Source: an uncultured Chloroflexia bacterium
GTDB taxonomy: Bacteria; Chloroflexota; Limnocylindria; QHBO01
Length of the DNA stretch: 64,000 nucleotides
Direction: 5' to 3'
NCBI GenBank assembly: GCA_963825525.1
Contig: CAWGTN010000002.1
Span: 128,001 to 192,000, forward strand
The notes under the pieces are model-generated. The model saw only the letters and a list, made by a program, of their open reading frames with translations. It was not told the origin of the DNA and ran no database searches. The position numbers and the translations under genes are program-made. Shown here piece by piece: positions 9,004 through 20,258 of the stretch (the first letter of the stretch is position 1; each line of letters starts with the position of its first letter).

Positions 9004-12000
9004 GTGACCCAGCGAGCCCCTGATCCGAGCCCGGACGGCGACTTCGTCCACCTCCACGTCCACTCCGAGTTCAGCCTGCTCGACGGGCTGAGCCGCATCG
9101 GCGAGATGACGCAGCGCGTGGCCGACCAGGGGATGCCGGCGCTGGCGCTCACCGACCACGGCAGCATGTACGGCGTCATCCCGTTCTACGCCGCGGCGAA
9201 GAAGGCGGGGATCAAGCCGATCATCGGGCTCGAGGCGTACGTCGGCTCCGCGCGGCATGACCGACAAGGAGGGCAAGCAGGACGCCGACTACCACCACAT
9301 GATCCTGCTGGCCAAGAACGACGTCGGGTACAAGAACCTGCTGGCCCTGACGACCGCCTCGCACCTCGAGGGCTACTACTACAAGCCGCGGATCGACAAG
9401 GAGCTGCTGGCGAAGCACAGCGCGGGGCTCATCGGCACATCGGCCTGCCTGGGTGGGGAGGTGCTGAAGCGCCTGGGCCAGGGTGATGAGCCGGCCGCCG
9501 CGAAGGCGGCCATGGAGTACCGCGACATCCTGGGCGACGGGAACTTCTTCATCGAGGTCCAGGAGCACGGGATCGACGACCAGCGACGGCTCCACCCGCA
9601 GCTCGTCGAGCTGGCGCGCAAGAACAACCTGCCGCTCGTGGCGACGAACGACACCCACTACACATCGCCGGACCAGTACGAGGCGCACGACCTCCTGGTC
9701 TGCATCCAGACCGCGTCGAACCTCGACACGCCGGGGCGGATGCGCTTCGAGAACAACGAGTTCTACCTGAAGTCCGCCGTCCGAGATGCGCCGCCTCTTC
9801 AACGGCGAGCTGCCCGACGCCATGGACAACACCGTGCGCATCGCCGAGCAGTGCGAGGTCAACCTCGACTACGAGGGGCTGCGCCTGCCGCACTTCGAGG
9901 TGCCGGCAGGGGAGACCGAGGCGTCGTGGCTGCGCAAGGAGTGCGAGCGCGGCTTACCGCCGCGTTACGGGACGATTACCAGCGAGGTCCAGCATCGGCT
10001 CGACTACGAGCTCGGGATCATCGACCGGATGGGGTACTCGGCCTACTTCCTGATCGTGGCCGACTTCACGCGGTTCGCCCGGGAGCAGGGGATCATGATC
10101 ACCTGCCGCGGATCGGCGCCGGGAAGCATCGTCACCTACTCGCTGGGCATCACCCCGGTCGACCCGCTCGAGTACGGCCTGCCGTTCGAGCGCTTCCTCA
10201 ACCCCGACCGGGTGACGATGCCGGACATCGACATCGATTTCCAGGACAGCCGCCGGGACGAGGTCATCGAGTACGTCACGCGCAAGTACGGCGACGACCG
10301 GGTGGCGCAGATCATCACCTTCGGGACGCTCGGCGCCAAGGCGGCCATCCGGGACGTGGGGCGCGCCATGGGCCTGACCTACGCGGAGGCCGATCGGGTC
10401 GCCAAGGCGGTCCCCAACGAGCTCAACATCTCGCTCGAACGCGCCGTGGAGACCTCCCCGCCGCTGCGCGAGCTGATGGCCGGGGACGATCGGGTCGACA
10501 AGCTCATCGGCATCGCGAAGCAGCTCGAGGGCGTCTCGCGCCATGCCTCGACGCACGCTGCGGGGATCGTGATCAGCCGCGATCCGCTGACCGAGATCAT
10601 GCCGCTCCAGCGCGCGACCGACGGCAAGACCACCATGACCCAGTTCGAGATGCACGCCTGCGAGACGCTCGGCCTGCTGAAGTTCGACTTCCTGGGCCTC
10701 ATCAACCTCACCATCCTGGCCGATGCGGTCGACCTCGTGGAGAAGCACCGCGGCGTGCGCCTGGACGTCGACAAGCTCCCGCTCGACGACGCGAAGACCT
10801 TCGAGCTCCTCGGCCGCGGCGAGACGATGGGCGTCTTCCAGCTGGAAGGCTCGGGCATGCGCCGATACGTCAAGGAGCTCAAGCCGACCGAGGTGCGCGA
10901 CCTCGCCGCCATGGTCGCCCTCTTCCGCCCCGGGCCGATGGCGAACATCCCCGCGTACATCCGCCGCAAGCACGGCGAGGAGCCGGTCTCGTACCTGCAT
11001 CCGGCCCTCGAGCCGGCCCTGAAGGACACGTACGGCATCTTCGTGTACCAGGAAGACATCATGACCGCCTCGATCGCGATGGCGGACTACACCGGTCCCG
11101 AGGCCGACAACCTCTGCTACGCCATCCGCAAGAAGAAGGAGGACGTCCTCCGCCAGCACGAGCAGAAGTTCAAGGCCGGGGCGAAGAAGAAGGGCATTCC
11201 GCCGCAGATCGTCGACAAGGTCTTCGCCGAGTTCGAGCCATTCGCCCGCTACGGCTTCAACAAGGCCCACGCCACCTGCTACGGCCTGATCGCGTACCAG
11301 ACGGCGTACCTCAAGGCGAACTACCCGATCGAGTTCATGACCGCCGTCATGAACGGCTTCCGCGAGCGCGCCGAGAAGGTCGCCGCGGTGATCGCCGAGT
11401 GCAAGCGGCTGGGAATCGAGGTCCGCCCGCCGGACGTCCAGAAGTCGCACGCCCTCTTCGCCGTCGAGACCGATGCGAACGACGTCCCCGAGGCGATCCG
11501 CTTCGGCCTCGCCGCCATCAAGAACGTGGGCGAGGGCGCGATCGACGCCATCGTGGCGGTGCGCGACGGCGGCGAGGAGCCGGGACCGTTCGTCTCGCTC
11601 GACGACCTGTGCCGCCGCGTCGACCTGCGCACCGTGAACAAGCGGGTCATGGAGTCGCTCATCAAGGCCAGCGCCGTCTCGTCGCTCGGCACCGCCGGTG
11701 CCCTGCTCGACGCGCTGGACACCGCGCTCGAGAACGGCCAGCGCCACCAGCGTGACGTCGCCGCCGGCCAGTCCACGCTCTTCGACCTGTTCGCCGTGGC
11801 GGCGGATGCCGGACCCTCGTTCCTCGACGGGGGCGACGAGATCCCGCGCCGCGAGCGGCTGCGCTGGGAGAAGGAGCTCATCGGCCTCTACCTGTCGGAG
11901 CATCCGCTCGGCGACATCACCGAGGACCTGCCCGACTACGTCACCGCCTACACCGGCGACCTGGCCGAGGAGACCGACCAGTCGAAGGTCACGCTGGGCG

Positions 12001-12764
12001 GGATCCTCATCTCGTCGCGCAGGATCGTGACCCGGGCCGGCTCGACGATGCTGGTGGCCACCCTCGAGGACCTCCAGGGCTCGGTCGAGGTCGTCGTCTT
12101 CCCGAAGGTCTTCGAGCAGACCGCGAACTCGTGGGCCGATGACTCCGTCGTCCTCGTGACCGGGCGAATCGACCGCCGCGATGACGCGCCCCAGATCCTG
12201 TGCGAGGCGGTCCACCAGTGGGACGACGCGGTGCGGATGGGTCCGGTTGCCTTCGCCGCGGAGCGGGATCGGCTGCTCGCCGCACGTGGGGGCGGCCGGC
12301 GCTGGGAGAAGCAGCCCGAACGCGCCCAGGGCGTGTGGGGCGGGGGATCGGAGTCGTCCCGACAGGCCGTCGCCGTGGCGGCGCCTCCCCCGGTGGCCGT
12401 GACCATCGAGGAGCCGATGCGTGCCCCGGAACCTGCCGAGGAGCCACCGGCGCCGGTCGATGCCGTGCCGATCCAGTCCTCGCCGGAAGGCTCGACGGCC
12501 ACGGTCAGCGTCGCGATCGGCGAGGACGTGGCAACGGATCGCCTGCTCGTGGCCATCGAGTCGGTCAAGACCGCCCTGGCCGGGCGTCCGGGGCCGCTCC
12601 CGGTCGTGCTGACCATCTCGGTGGCCGGTGCGACGCGCCAGGTTCGACTCCCGGACCGCGTGGCCTGGGACGAGCGACTGGGCGATGCGTTGCGCCGCGC
12701 GGCCGACGTTCCGCTGTCCGTTGAGCTCCGCTCGGGCACGTCGGTGGAATCCCGCCTCGCCTGA
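9004..12764 (+). CDS. dnaE: DNA polymerase III alpha subunit (two apparent frameshifts, ~9250 and ~9780)
   Basis: [16 protein letters not shown] domain, [25 protein letters not shown] fold. Confidence 0.97.
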
Positions 12765-12784
12765 ACGACGCCGCCGGGCGGACC

Positions 12785-13664
12785 TCAGCCGCTGAACTCG
12801 ACCGTCCGGAGCATCTCCTCGATCTCGCCGAGCATCCTGTTCTGCTCGAGCGGCGCGCCGTTGATCTCGGCGTTGACCTCGATCCAACGATCGGGGAAGC
12901 CCGGCGGACTGAGCTGCCACCACGCGACGATACCGTTGTTCGTGCGGGTGCTGCGGAATGCCGCCGGCTGACCCCCGATGATCCGCCCCGCATCCAGCCC
13001 GTACGGCCGTCGCGTCACCGGATCGAAGATCGGTGGATCACCATCCGCCCACGCGGTGATGATGATCGAGGCCTCGCCGGGCGGCACTCGTGAGATCGAG
13101 ATCGAGCACGGGTCGCCGAAGGCGGTGCACAGGTCGTCAACATCGGCGTCGAAGGTGACGATGTGCGCGATCACGTGATGCGCGTCCGCGCGGTCGGTGC
13201 CGGGCGCCACCAGCCAGCCATCGGGATGGGTGAAGTTGATCTCCTCCGCTGCGAACGGCGTCCCGGCCACGTCCGCGGACTGCGGGCTGAGCGCGACGAC
13301 GACCACCATCAGCGCCGCGACCCCCACGGCGGCCGCCGCCACGACCGCGAAGGCGAGCCAGCCCGAGTCGCGCGCCGTCGGCGGCCCGGCGTCGTGCGCC
13401 ACCGGACGCCGGGCGACCTGGACCGGACCCGACGGCCAGCGTTGGGGCGGAACGACCAGCTGGTGGGCGCCATCCCAGGCCGACCGCCGCGCAGGGTCGG
13501 AGAGGACGTGCCACGCCTCGTTGATGCGGGCCATGATCGGGGTGGGCTGCGCCGTCACGTCGGGGTGGTGCTGCTTCGCCAGCCGCCGATATGCGCGCGC
13601 AATCTCCTCGCGCGTGGCGGTGCGCGCCACGCCGAGGATGGCGTACGGATCGGGATCGAGTCAC
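12785..13664 (-). CDS. J-domain protein with TM helix and extracytoplasmic domain
   Basis: DPYAILGV...LAKQHHPDV; TM helix; 5' end disrupted by a probable sequencing error. Confidence 0.8.
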
Positions 13665-13720
13665 GACATCGGAGTGTACGTCCGCACGGGGCCGATCCCA
13701 TGCTTGCTATCCTGTCGCCC

Positions 13721-14189
13721 GTGATCATCAAGCGCAGCACCAAGCCGGTCGAGGCCGGCGATCCGGACGCAACCGTCCAGCCCGAGGCCGAACAGGCCGC
13801 GGCGGTCGCCACCGTGCCGTCGGCGGCGGATGCCCCGATCGACGGCGCGCAGCTCGATGCGGCGATCCTCCGCTTCATTCGCCGGTTCCCGAACCAGACC
13901 GTCGATCTCACGCCATTGGCCGATGAGCTCCAGGTCGACGCGGCGCGCATCCAGCTTGCGGTGGAGGACCTCGGCCGCCGGCGAATGGTGGTGGTGCCGT
14001 TCATCGAGCCCGGGGCGCGCCGGTGGGGCCACCCTGACCGCGATCGGCCTGCGCTGGCTCATCGAGCGCGAGGGCGGATCCCCGGCGGACACGCCGACCG
14101 CCTTCAAGCCTGCCGACGAGCACGTCCGCGCCGGGGACGAGGCGGCTCGCCTCCCGCGCGCCCAGGTGTACGGCGTCAAACGCGGTTGA
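13721..14189 (+). CDS. Hypothetical winged-helix-like protein (frameshift ~14015)
   Basis: ILRFIRRFPNQTVDLTPLADEL...; continues in a second frame as GGATLTAIGLRWL. Confidence 0.55.
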
Positions 14190-15394
14190 TCGGCCGCATC
14201 CTCTCGTTCCTGGGACGGATCCCCGGCGTCCTGTGGCGTCAGACCGCCGGACGCCTCATGTCATCGGCGGAGGACGGCGCCCGACGCACGGAGCCGATGA
14301 TCCAGCCCCAGGAGCCGCGCAGCGTGGCGGGCATTGCGCTTCGAGCCAGCCTGGTGGTCCTGGGCGTGGCCTTCGCCGCCTACCTCGTCTACGAGCTTCG
14401 ACTGCTCCTCATCCTCGTCTTCCTTGCCATCCTGTTGGCGTCGGGACTCTACGGCGTGGTGCGCTTCTTCGAGCGGATGCTGCCGAGGATCGCGGCGGTA
14501 CTGGTCTCGTACCTGCTCCTCATCGGCGCCATCGGCCTGGTGATGTTCCTGATCTTTCCGCCGCTCATTCGACAGGCGGTGGACCTGGTCGATGACTTCC
14601 CGCGAATCGTCGATAAGCTGCGCGACGACGCGATCCAGCTGCTCGACAACGTCGCCGGGACGGGGAGCGGCCGCGAGATCGTCGATACGCTGACCGGCGG
14701 GGCGGGCGATTCGCTGCCCGAGCTCGGGTCACTGCTCAGCGTCCCGCTCACGCTCGTCGGCATCCTGGCCAACCTCATCATCGTGGTGTTCCTGTCGGCG
14801 CTCATGCTCATCGAGCGGGATCGGTCGCGCGAGTACCTCCTGAAGTTCGTTTCGCCATCCGATCACGATGCCGTCATGGAGTCGAGCCGTCGCGCCCTTC
14901 TCAAGCTCGGGGCCTACGTGCGCGGACAGCTCATGGTCATGACGATCATCGGCGGTGGATCCGTGCTCGGGCTGGTGGTGGTCGGGTTCATCGTCCAGGG
15001 GTCGCCGCTGCCGTTCTCGGTGCCGCTGGGTGCGCTGTCGTTCATCACCGCCGCCATCCCGCTGGCCGGCGCGTTCCTGGCCGGTGGCCTGATCGTGCTC
15101 GTGTCGCTCACCGTCTCGCCCCTCGCCGCCCTCCTGATGCTGGCGTGGGTCGTCGTTCTCCAGCAGCTCGAGGGATCGGTGATCACACCGTACATCCAGG
15201 GCAAGGTGGTCAACCTCTCGGCCGTGGTCGTCCTGCTGGCGGTCGTGGCCGGCACATCGTTGGCGGGCATCGTCGGCGGGATCATCGCCATCCCGGTGGT
15301 GGCGGTGGTCGACGTCGTGATCCGCGACATCATCTTCCCGCTGCGGGAGCGTGCGGAGCATCTTCGGAGCACGTCCGACGCACGAGCCGGGTAG
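14186..15394 (+). CDS. AI-2E family transporter
   Basis: YVRGQL and QQLEGSVITP...GIVGGIIAIP motifs; multiple TM helices. Confidence 0.9.
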   Translation: MIGRILSFLGRIPGVLWRQTAGRLMSSAEDGARRTEPMIQPQEPRSVAGIALRASLVVLGVAFAAYLVYELRLLLILVFLAILLASGLYGVVRFFERMLPRIAAVLVSYLLLIGAIGLVMFLIFPPLIRQAVDLVDDFPRIVDKLRDDAIQLLDNVAGTGSGREIVDTLTGGAGDSLPELGSLLSVPLTLVGILANLIIVVFLSALMLIERDRSREYLLKFVSPSDHDAVMESSRRALLKLGAYVRGQLMVMTIIGGGSVLGLVVVGFIVQGSPLPFSVPLGALSFITAAIPLAGAFLAGGLIVLVSLTVSPLAALLMLAWVVVLQQLEGSVITPYIQGKVVNLSAVVVLLAVVAGTSLAGIVGGIIAIPVVAVVDVVIRDIIFPLRERAEHLRSTSDARAG

Positions 15395-15397
15395 CGC

Positions 15398-17410
15398 TCA
15401 GGCGGCGATCACCTGGTTGCGACCCGCGCGCTTGGCCATCGAGAGTGCCACGTCGGCCGTGGCGACGAGCCCATTCATCGAGTCCTCGCCGGTCGGGACG
15501 GTGGAGACGCCGGCACTGACCGTGCAGCGGATCGGCGCACCGTCGTCTCCCAGGAACGTCGACTCCGCGAAGGCCGTGCGGATGTCCTCCGCGACCTGGA
15601 CTGCCCCCTCGCGATTCGTGCCCACCAGGACGGCGACGAACTCCTCGCCTCCATAGCGTGCAACGATGTCGGCGCGACGAAGCCGAGCGGCCATGATCGA
15701 TCCGAAGCCAGCCAGCACTCGGTCACCCGTCCCGTGCCCGCGCTCCTTGTTCACCGCCCCGAAGTGATCGAGGTCGAAGATGATCGCCGACACCTCGAGT
15801 CGCTTGTCCGCGGGCTGACGAGTCCGCTGCGCGGCGAGCTGTTCGAACGTCAGGTTGAAGTACCGCCGATTCGGCAGCCCCGTGAGGGCGTCCCGGATCG
15901 AGCTCTCCTGCACCCGCCCGAACTCGTGCGAGTTGGTCAACGCCAGCCCGGCGAGGTCGCACATCATCTCGAGGGCTCGCAGCTCGTCCGGTTCGAACGG
16001 GGTTGCGAGGTCCAGACGAGCGAGACCGAGGGTCGCGACCACGGTTCCGCCGCTCCTGATCGGGGCGCAGGCCAGCGAGACCTCGACGGTCGGCAGGACA
16101 TCGCGCATGGCGAGCGCGCGCACATTGACGTCGGCCCTGGCGACGGACACCGGAACGCCGTCCCTGATGACCGCACCCGTCACCCCGTCGCCAGGTTCGA
16201 TCACGCGCCCGATGACCTCTGGTGCGCCGACCGCGGCGGCGACCGTGTGGGCATCGCCATCGAGCGACTTCACCGTGAGCTGGATGATGTCGGCCGGCAC
16301 GACGTCCCCCGCGGCCTGCACCACGTGGTGGAAGAGGAGATTCTCCTCGAGCGACTGCGCGATCTGACGGGCAAAGGCGGCGATCCGCTCCCGTCGGGCG
16401 GCACGGTCGGCCTCGATCGTCATCTGCATGGCGAGGGCCTCGATCGCCGCCTGCCGCTCGGCCATTGCCGCGGCCGTGATCATCGAGGACAGGAAGATGA
16501 CGGCCACCAGGATCTGCGCCTGGCCGGTCTGGATGGCAAGCCCGGGGTTGAGCAGCGCAATCGGGCCATGGCCTCCGAGGGTCCCGATCATGACAAGGGA
16601 GCCGATGGTGACCGTCGCGAGGGCGGCGCCGGCCGCTCCGAACCGGACGCCGACAACCACCAGCAGAAGGAAGACCGGATAGGCAGCGAGCTGCAGATCG
16701 GTCTCAACCGGGAAGAACGCCAGGATGGTGATCCCGAGCATCATGGCGGCGATGGCCACGGCCTCGACCACCCGCCATCTGCTCATGGCCGGACGCAGGC
16801 CGTTCGCGGCCGCCACGATCAGGATCGGGGCAACCGTCAGCACGCCTCCCGCGTCACCGATCAACCAGGTGAGCCATGTCTGCAGGAACGGCGCACCCGA
16901 TCCGATCGCAGCCGCCGCGGCCCCGATCAATCCGCCGATCGCAGGACCGCCCAGGACGCCACAGGCCACGAACAGGCCGACACCGCGGACGGATCCGAAT
17001 GACGTGAACCCGGTGCGCCGGAGGGCGACTGCCGCCGCGAGGGGCGCGACGGTGTTCGCTACCGTGAAGCCGACGGTCATGCCGGGCGATACCCCGGCGT
17101 CGAGATTGGCGGCCACCACGGCGATGGCGACACCGCCGAGCACGAGCGGCCACCGATTGACCGGTGCCAGGATCAGGGCTCCGAGGGCGAGGCCGGCGGG
17201 CGGCCAGATTCCGGCGATGTTCTGCGGTTGGAGCATGAAGACGAGGCTGATCCGGGCCGCAAAGGCATAGCCGACGGCCACGAGCAGGAGCATCGCGATG
17301 CCGCGCGGCGTGGTGACGGGGCGGATTCCACGCCAGAGACGCGCCCCGAGACCGCCGGAGGCGTCGGGCGCGATGGGCTGAACCCCCGCCGTCGGAGCGG
17401 TCGACTGCAT
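15398..17410 (-). CDS. MASE1-GAF-GGDEF diguanylate cyclase
   Basis: IWPPAG MASE1 motif, GAF domain, DALTGLPNRR, RYGGEEF with RxxD I-site. Confidence 0.92.
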   Translation of the reverse strand: MQSTAPTAGVQPIAPDASGGLGARLWRGIRPVTTPRGIAMLLLVAVGYAFAARISLVFMLQPQNIAGIWPPAGLALGALILAPVNRWPLVLGGVAIAVVAANLDAGVSPGMTVGFTVANTVAPLAAAVALRRTGFTSFGSVRGVGLFVACGVLGGPAIGGLIGAAAAAIGSGAPFLQTWLTWLIGDAGGVLTVAPILIVAAANGLRPAMSRWRVVEAVAIAAMMLGITILAFFPVETDLQLAAYPVFLLLVVVGVRFGAAGAALATVTIGSLVMIGTLGGHGPIALLNPGLAIQTGQAQILVAVIFLSSMITAAAMAERQAAIEALAMQMTIEADRAARRERIAAFARQIAQSLEENLLFHHVVQAAGDVVPADIIQLTVKSLDGDAHTVAAAVGAPEVIGRVIEPGDGVTGAVIRDGVPVSVARADVNVRALAMRDVLPTVEVSLACAPIRSGGTVVATLGLARLDLATPFEPDELRALEMMCDLAGLALTNSHEFGRVQESSIRDALTGLPNRRYFNLTFEQLAAQRTRQPADKRLEVSAIIFDLDHFGAVNKERGHGTGDRVLAGFGSIMAARLRRADIVARYGGEEFVAVLVGTNREGAVQVAEDIRTAFAESTFLGDDGAPIRCTVSAGVSTVPTGEDSMNGLVATADVALSMAKRAGRNQVIAA

Positions 17411-17469
17411 GCCGATATGGTGCGTGGCCGCACCGACCGGCGCACCGGTACCTTCGTCCGGGCCCTGCC

Positions 17470-18324
17470 CTAGCGGTCGAGGAAGCGGCGCAGGAAGTGG
17501 GTTGTCGCCTCGTGGCGCGGGTCGTTGAGCACCTGCTCGGGCGGTCCCTGCTCGATCACCGCGCCATCCTCCATGAACACCACCCGGTCGGCCGCCTCCT
17601 GCGCGAAGTGCATCTCGTGCGTGACCACGATCATCGTCGTGCCGCTGTGCGCCAGGTCCTCCATGACGCCCAGCACCTCGCCGATGAGCTCCGGGTCGAG
17701 CGCCGAGGTGGGCTCGTCGAACAGCAGCACCTTGGGTTCCATGCACAGTGCGCGGGCGATCGCGACGCGCTGCTTCTGGCCACCGGACAGGCGCGACGGG
17801 TACTCATCGCGCTTCTCCGCGAGGCCGACGACCTCGAGGTAGTACTCGGCCCGCGTGACGGCGTGGTCCTGCGAGTGTCCAAGCACACGCGTTGGCGCCT
17901 CGATGCAGTTGCCGAGCACGCTCAGGTGCGGGAAGAGGTTGAACTCCTGGAACAGCATTCCTGCGCGCAGCCGAATCTGCCGAATCTGCTCTCGATGCTG
18001 CCGATCCCGCGCGCGCAGCGGATCGGCTTCGACGCGAACCCCGTCGACCTCGATCGATCCGATCGTCGGCTCCTCGAGGAAGTTGATGCAGCGCAGGAGC
18101 GTCGTCTTGCCCGAGCCTGAGCGGCCGATGACCATCACCGCCTCGCGCTGCCGCACCTCGAGGTCGACGCCGCGAAGGACGTGGTTGTCGCCGAAGTACT
18201 TGTGAATGCCCTCGACCTTCACGATCGGCTCGCCGATGTGTGAGGGAAGCTTCGAATCGACCTCGTACCCACTGGTCGCGGTCGCCGAGCGCGGGCCGAG
18301 GTCAGGGAGAGGTGAGTCGGTCAT
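17470..18324 (-). CDS. Polar amino acid ABC transporter ATP-binding protein
   Basis: GRSGSGKT, LSGGQKQR, DEPTSALDPE. Confidence 0.93.
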   Translation of the reverse strand: MTDSPLPDLGPRSATATSGYEVDSKLPSHIGEPIVKVEGIHKYFGDNHVLRGVDLEVRQREAVMVIGRSGSGKTTLLRCINFLEEPTIGSIEVDGVRVEADPLRARDRQHREQIRQIRLRAGMLFQEFNLFPHLSVLGNCIEAPTRVLGHSQDHAVTRAEYYLEVVGLAEKRDEYPSRLSGGQKQRVAIARALCMEPKVLLFDEPTSALDPELIGEVLGVMEDLAHSGTTMIVVTHEMHFAQEAADRVVFMEDGAVIEQGPPEQVLNDPRHEATTHFLRRFLDR

Positions 18325-19155
18325 CGGTCTCCACGCGCCATCCGGCGCTCGAGGCGATCCTGGAAGAAGCTGAAGATGATCGTCAGGCCCCAGTACATGA
18401 CTGCGGCGATCAGCAATGCCTGCAGGGTCTTGAAGTCCTGCGTGCCGACCGTGCGGGCACGCCACAGCAGCTCCTGCACGGCGATGGTGGAGACAAGAGC
18501 GCGAGTCCTTGATCATGGCGATGAAGTCATTTCCCACGGCCGGGATCACGATCCGGAATGCCTGTGGCAGCACGATCCGTCGGAACACGAGCCGTTCCGG
18601 CATGCCGAGCGCCTCAGCCGCCTCTCGTTGGCCGGGCGGCACCGCCTGGATGCCGGCGCGGAAGATCTCGGTCATGTACGCGCCGTAGTTCAGGCTCAGC
18701 GCGAGGATGCCGGCGGGGATGGAGGGAATCGTGACGCCGACCTGGGGCAGGGCGAAGTAGATGAAGAAGATCTGGACCAGGAGCGGCGTGCCGCGAAACA
18801 GCGAGACGTACAGCGATGCCACGCCGTTCGGGATTGGGTTGCTGGAGAGCCGGGAGAGCGCTCCGAGCACGGCCAGGATCGACGCGAAGATGATCGAGGA
18901 CAGGCAGACCACGAGGGTGATCCAGGTCCCGCCCAGGATGTAGGGACCCCATTGGGTCCACCAGGAAGTGTCGATGTTGTCGGTCACCCACAGCGCGTAG
19001 ACGAAGGCGCCGACGATGACGACCCAGGTGGCGATGAAGAGCAGCCTGAACGACAGCCGCTGCTTTCGATGCGCGGCATCGATCTGGTCCAGGATCTGCG
19101 CGCGGTCCTGGGTCCGCGCCTTGGTGGCCATGTGCGTCGTGGACGCCTCCGTCAA
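18321..19155 (-). CDS. Polar amino acid ABC transporter permease (frameshift ~18500)
   Basis: FRGTPLLVQ and AYMTEIFRAGI..GQREAAEALG. Confidence 0.9.
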
Positions 19156-19209
19156 CGTTGAGCGGGGATGCTCGGTGCATCCCCGCTCATTCGCCGACCG
19201 GTGGATCGG

Positions 19210-20112
19210 CTACTCGGCCGGCTCCTGGGTCAGGTCCTCGTCAAACCACTGCTCGCTCAGGTCGGTGAGCGTTCCGTCTTCGTGCATCTCGCCGATGATC
19301 CTGTCGATCTCGTACAGCAACGCGCCGTGCTCCGGCCCGCTCTTGTCGATCGCGACGGCGAGATTCTCGGTGAAGATCGAGTCGGTCACGAGATGAACCG
19401 GCGCGCCCGAGTCGACGGCACCCTGCACCGTGGTGGCCGAGGTGATCCAGAGGTCGAACTCGCTTCGTCCGGCCTGGATCGCCTCCGCGCAGTTCGCGTC
19501 AGTCGGAAGCGTGGTCGCCTCGGCTCCATCCGGAAGCTCGAAGGGCAGCTGATCCACGCTGTCGACGCCCGAGCTGTCGCTCGCGGCGAGGGCAGCCGGT
19601 GCGTAGTAGTACGGCTGGGTGAAGCTCAGCGCTTCCTTGCGAGGGACGGTCACCGTCATCGATCCGACGCTGATGTCCCACCGACCCGACCAGCTGCCGG
19701 CCGTAATGGCATCCCACTCAGGGGTCTCGAAGCGGACGTCCACGCCGAGCCGGTCGGCGATCTCCCTCGCCACGTCGACGTCGAACCCGATGAGTTCGCC
19801 GTCGGCATCAAGGAATGACTGCGGCTCGTAGTTCGGGTCGCTCGACACGACGATCTCGCCGCGCTCCCGGATCGTCTCGAGCAGATCGCCGGCCTCATCG
19901 GCCTCCTCGATCGGGTCGGGATCGTCCGGCTGGAAGTCGCCGTTCAGCCAGTCGAGGTAGGTCGTCGCTTCGCCGACGCACACGACGTTCGTGATATCGG
20001 CGGTTCCGCCACCCTCGCTGGGGGATGCGCTGCTGCCGGAGCCGTTCGACTGGCAGGCCGCGAGGACGAGCACCGCGATGGGCAAGATCGCCATGCGTCG
20101 AAGATCGGTCAT
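19210..20112 (-). CDS. Amino acid ABC substrate-binding lipoprotein (family 3)
   Basis: Lipobox LAAC; GFDVDVAREIA; SMTVT..R; FTQPYY. Confidence 0.9.
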   Translation of the reverse strand: MTDLRRMAILPIAVLVLAACQSNGSGSSASPSEGGGTADITNVVCVGEATTYLDWLNGDFQPDDPDPIEEADEAGDLLETIRERGEIVVSSDPNYEPQSFLDADGELIGFDVDVAREIADRLGVDVRFETPEWDAITAGSWSGRWDISVGSMTVTVPRKEALSFTQPYYYAPAALAASDSSGVDSVDQLPFELPDGAEATTLPTDANCAEAIQAGRSEFDLWITSATTVQGAVDSGAPVHLVTDSIFTENLAVAIDKSGPEHGALLYEIDRIIGEMHEDGTLTDLSEQWFDEDLTQEPAE

Positions 20113-20258
20113 CAAATTCCTCCACTCGGGCGCGCGTTCGCTGCGCCCATGCTCCCTATCGGTCCGGGCTTTGTAGCACTTCGGGACGGTGCGCGCCAGT
20201 TGTGAGTGCACTCGCGACCCGATGCGCGCCAGGGCCCGGGCTCGGTACACTCTCGGCT

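Noticed and set aside
13661-13669. In-frame TGA after ATG-TCG as selenocysteine or readthrough
   Set aside because: It is not a catalytic position and no SECIS is evident; a GTG start at 13664 plus an indel error is simpler.
17470-19155. Fused permease-ATPase of 561 aa
   Set aside because: The junction is out-of-frame sequence caused by a frameshift near 18500; two normal genes with an ATGA overlap explain it.
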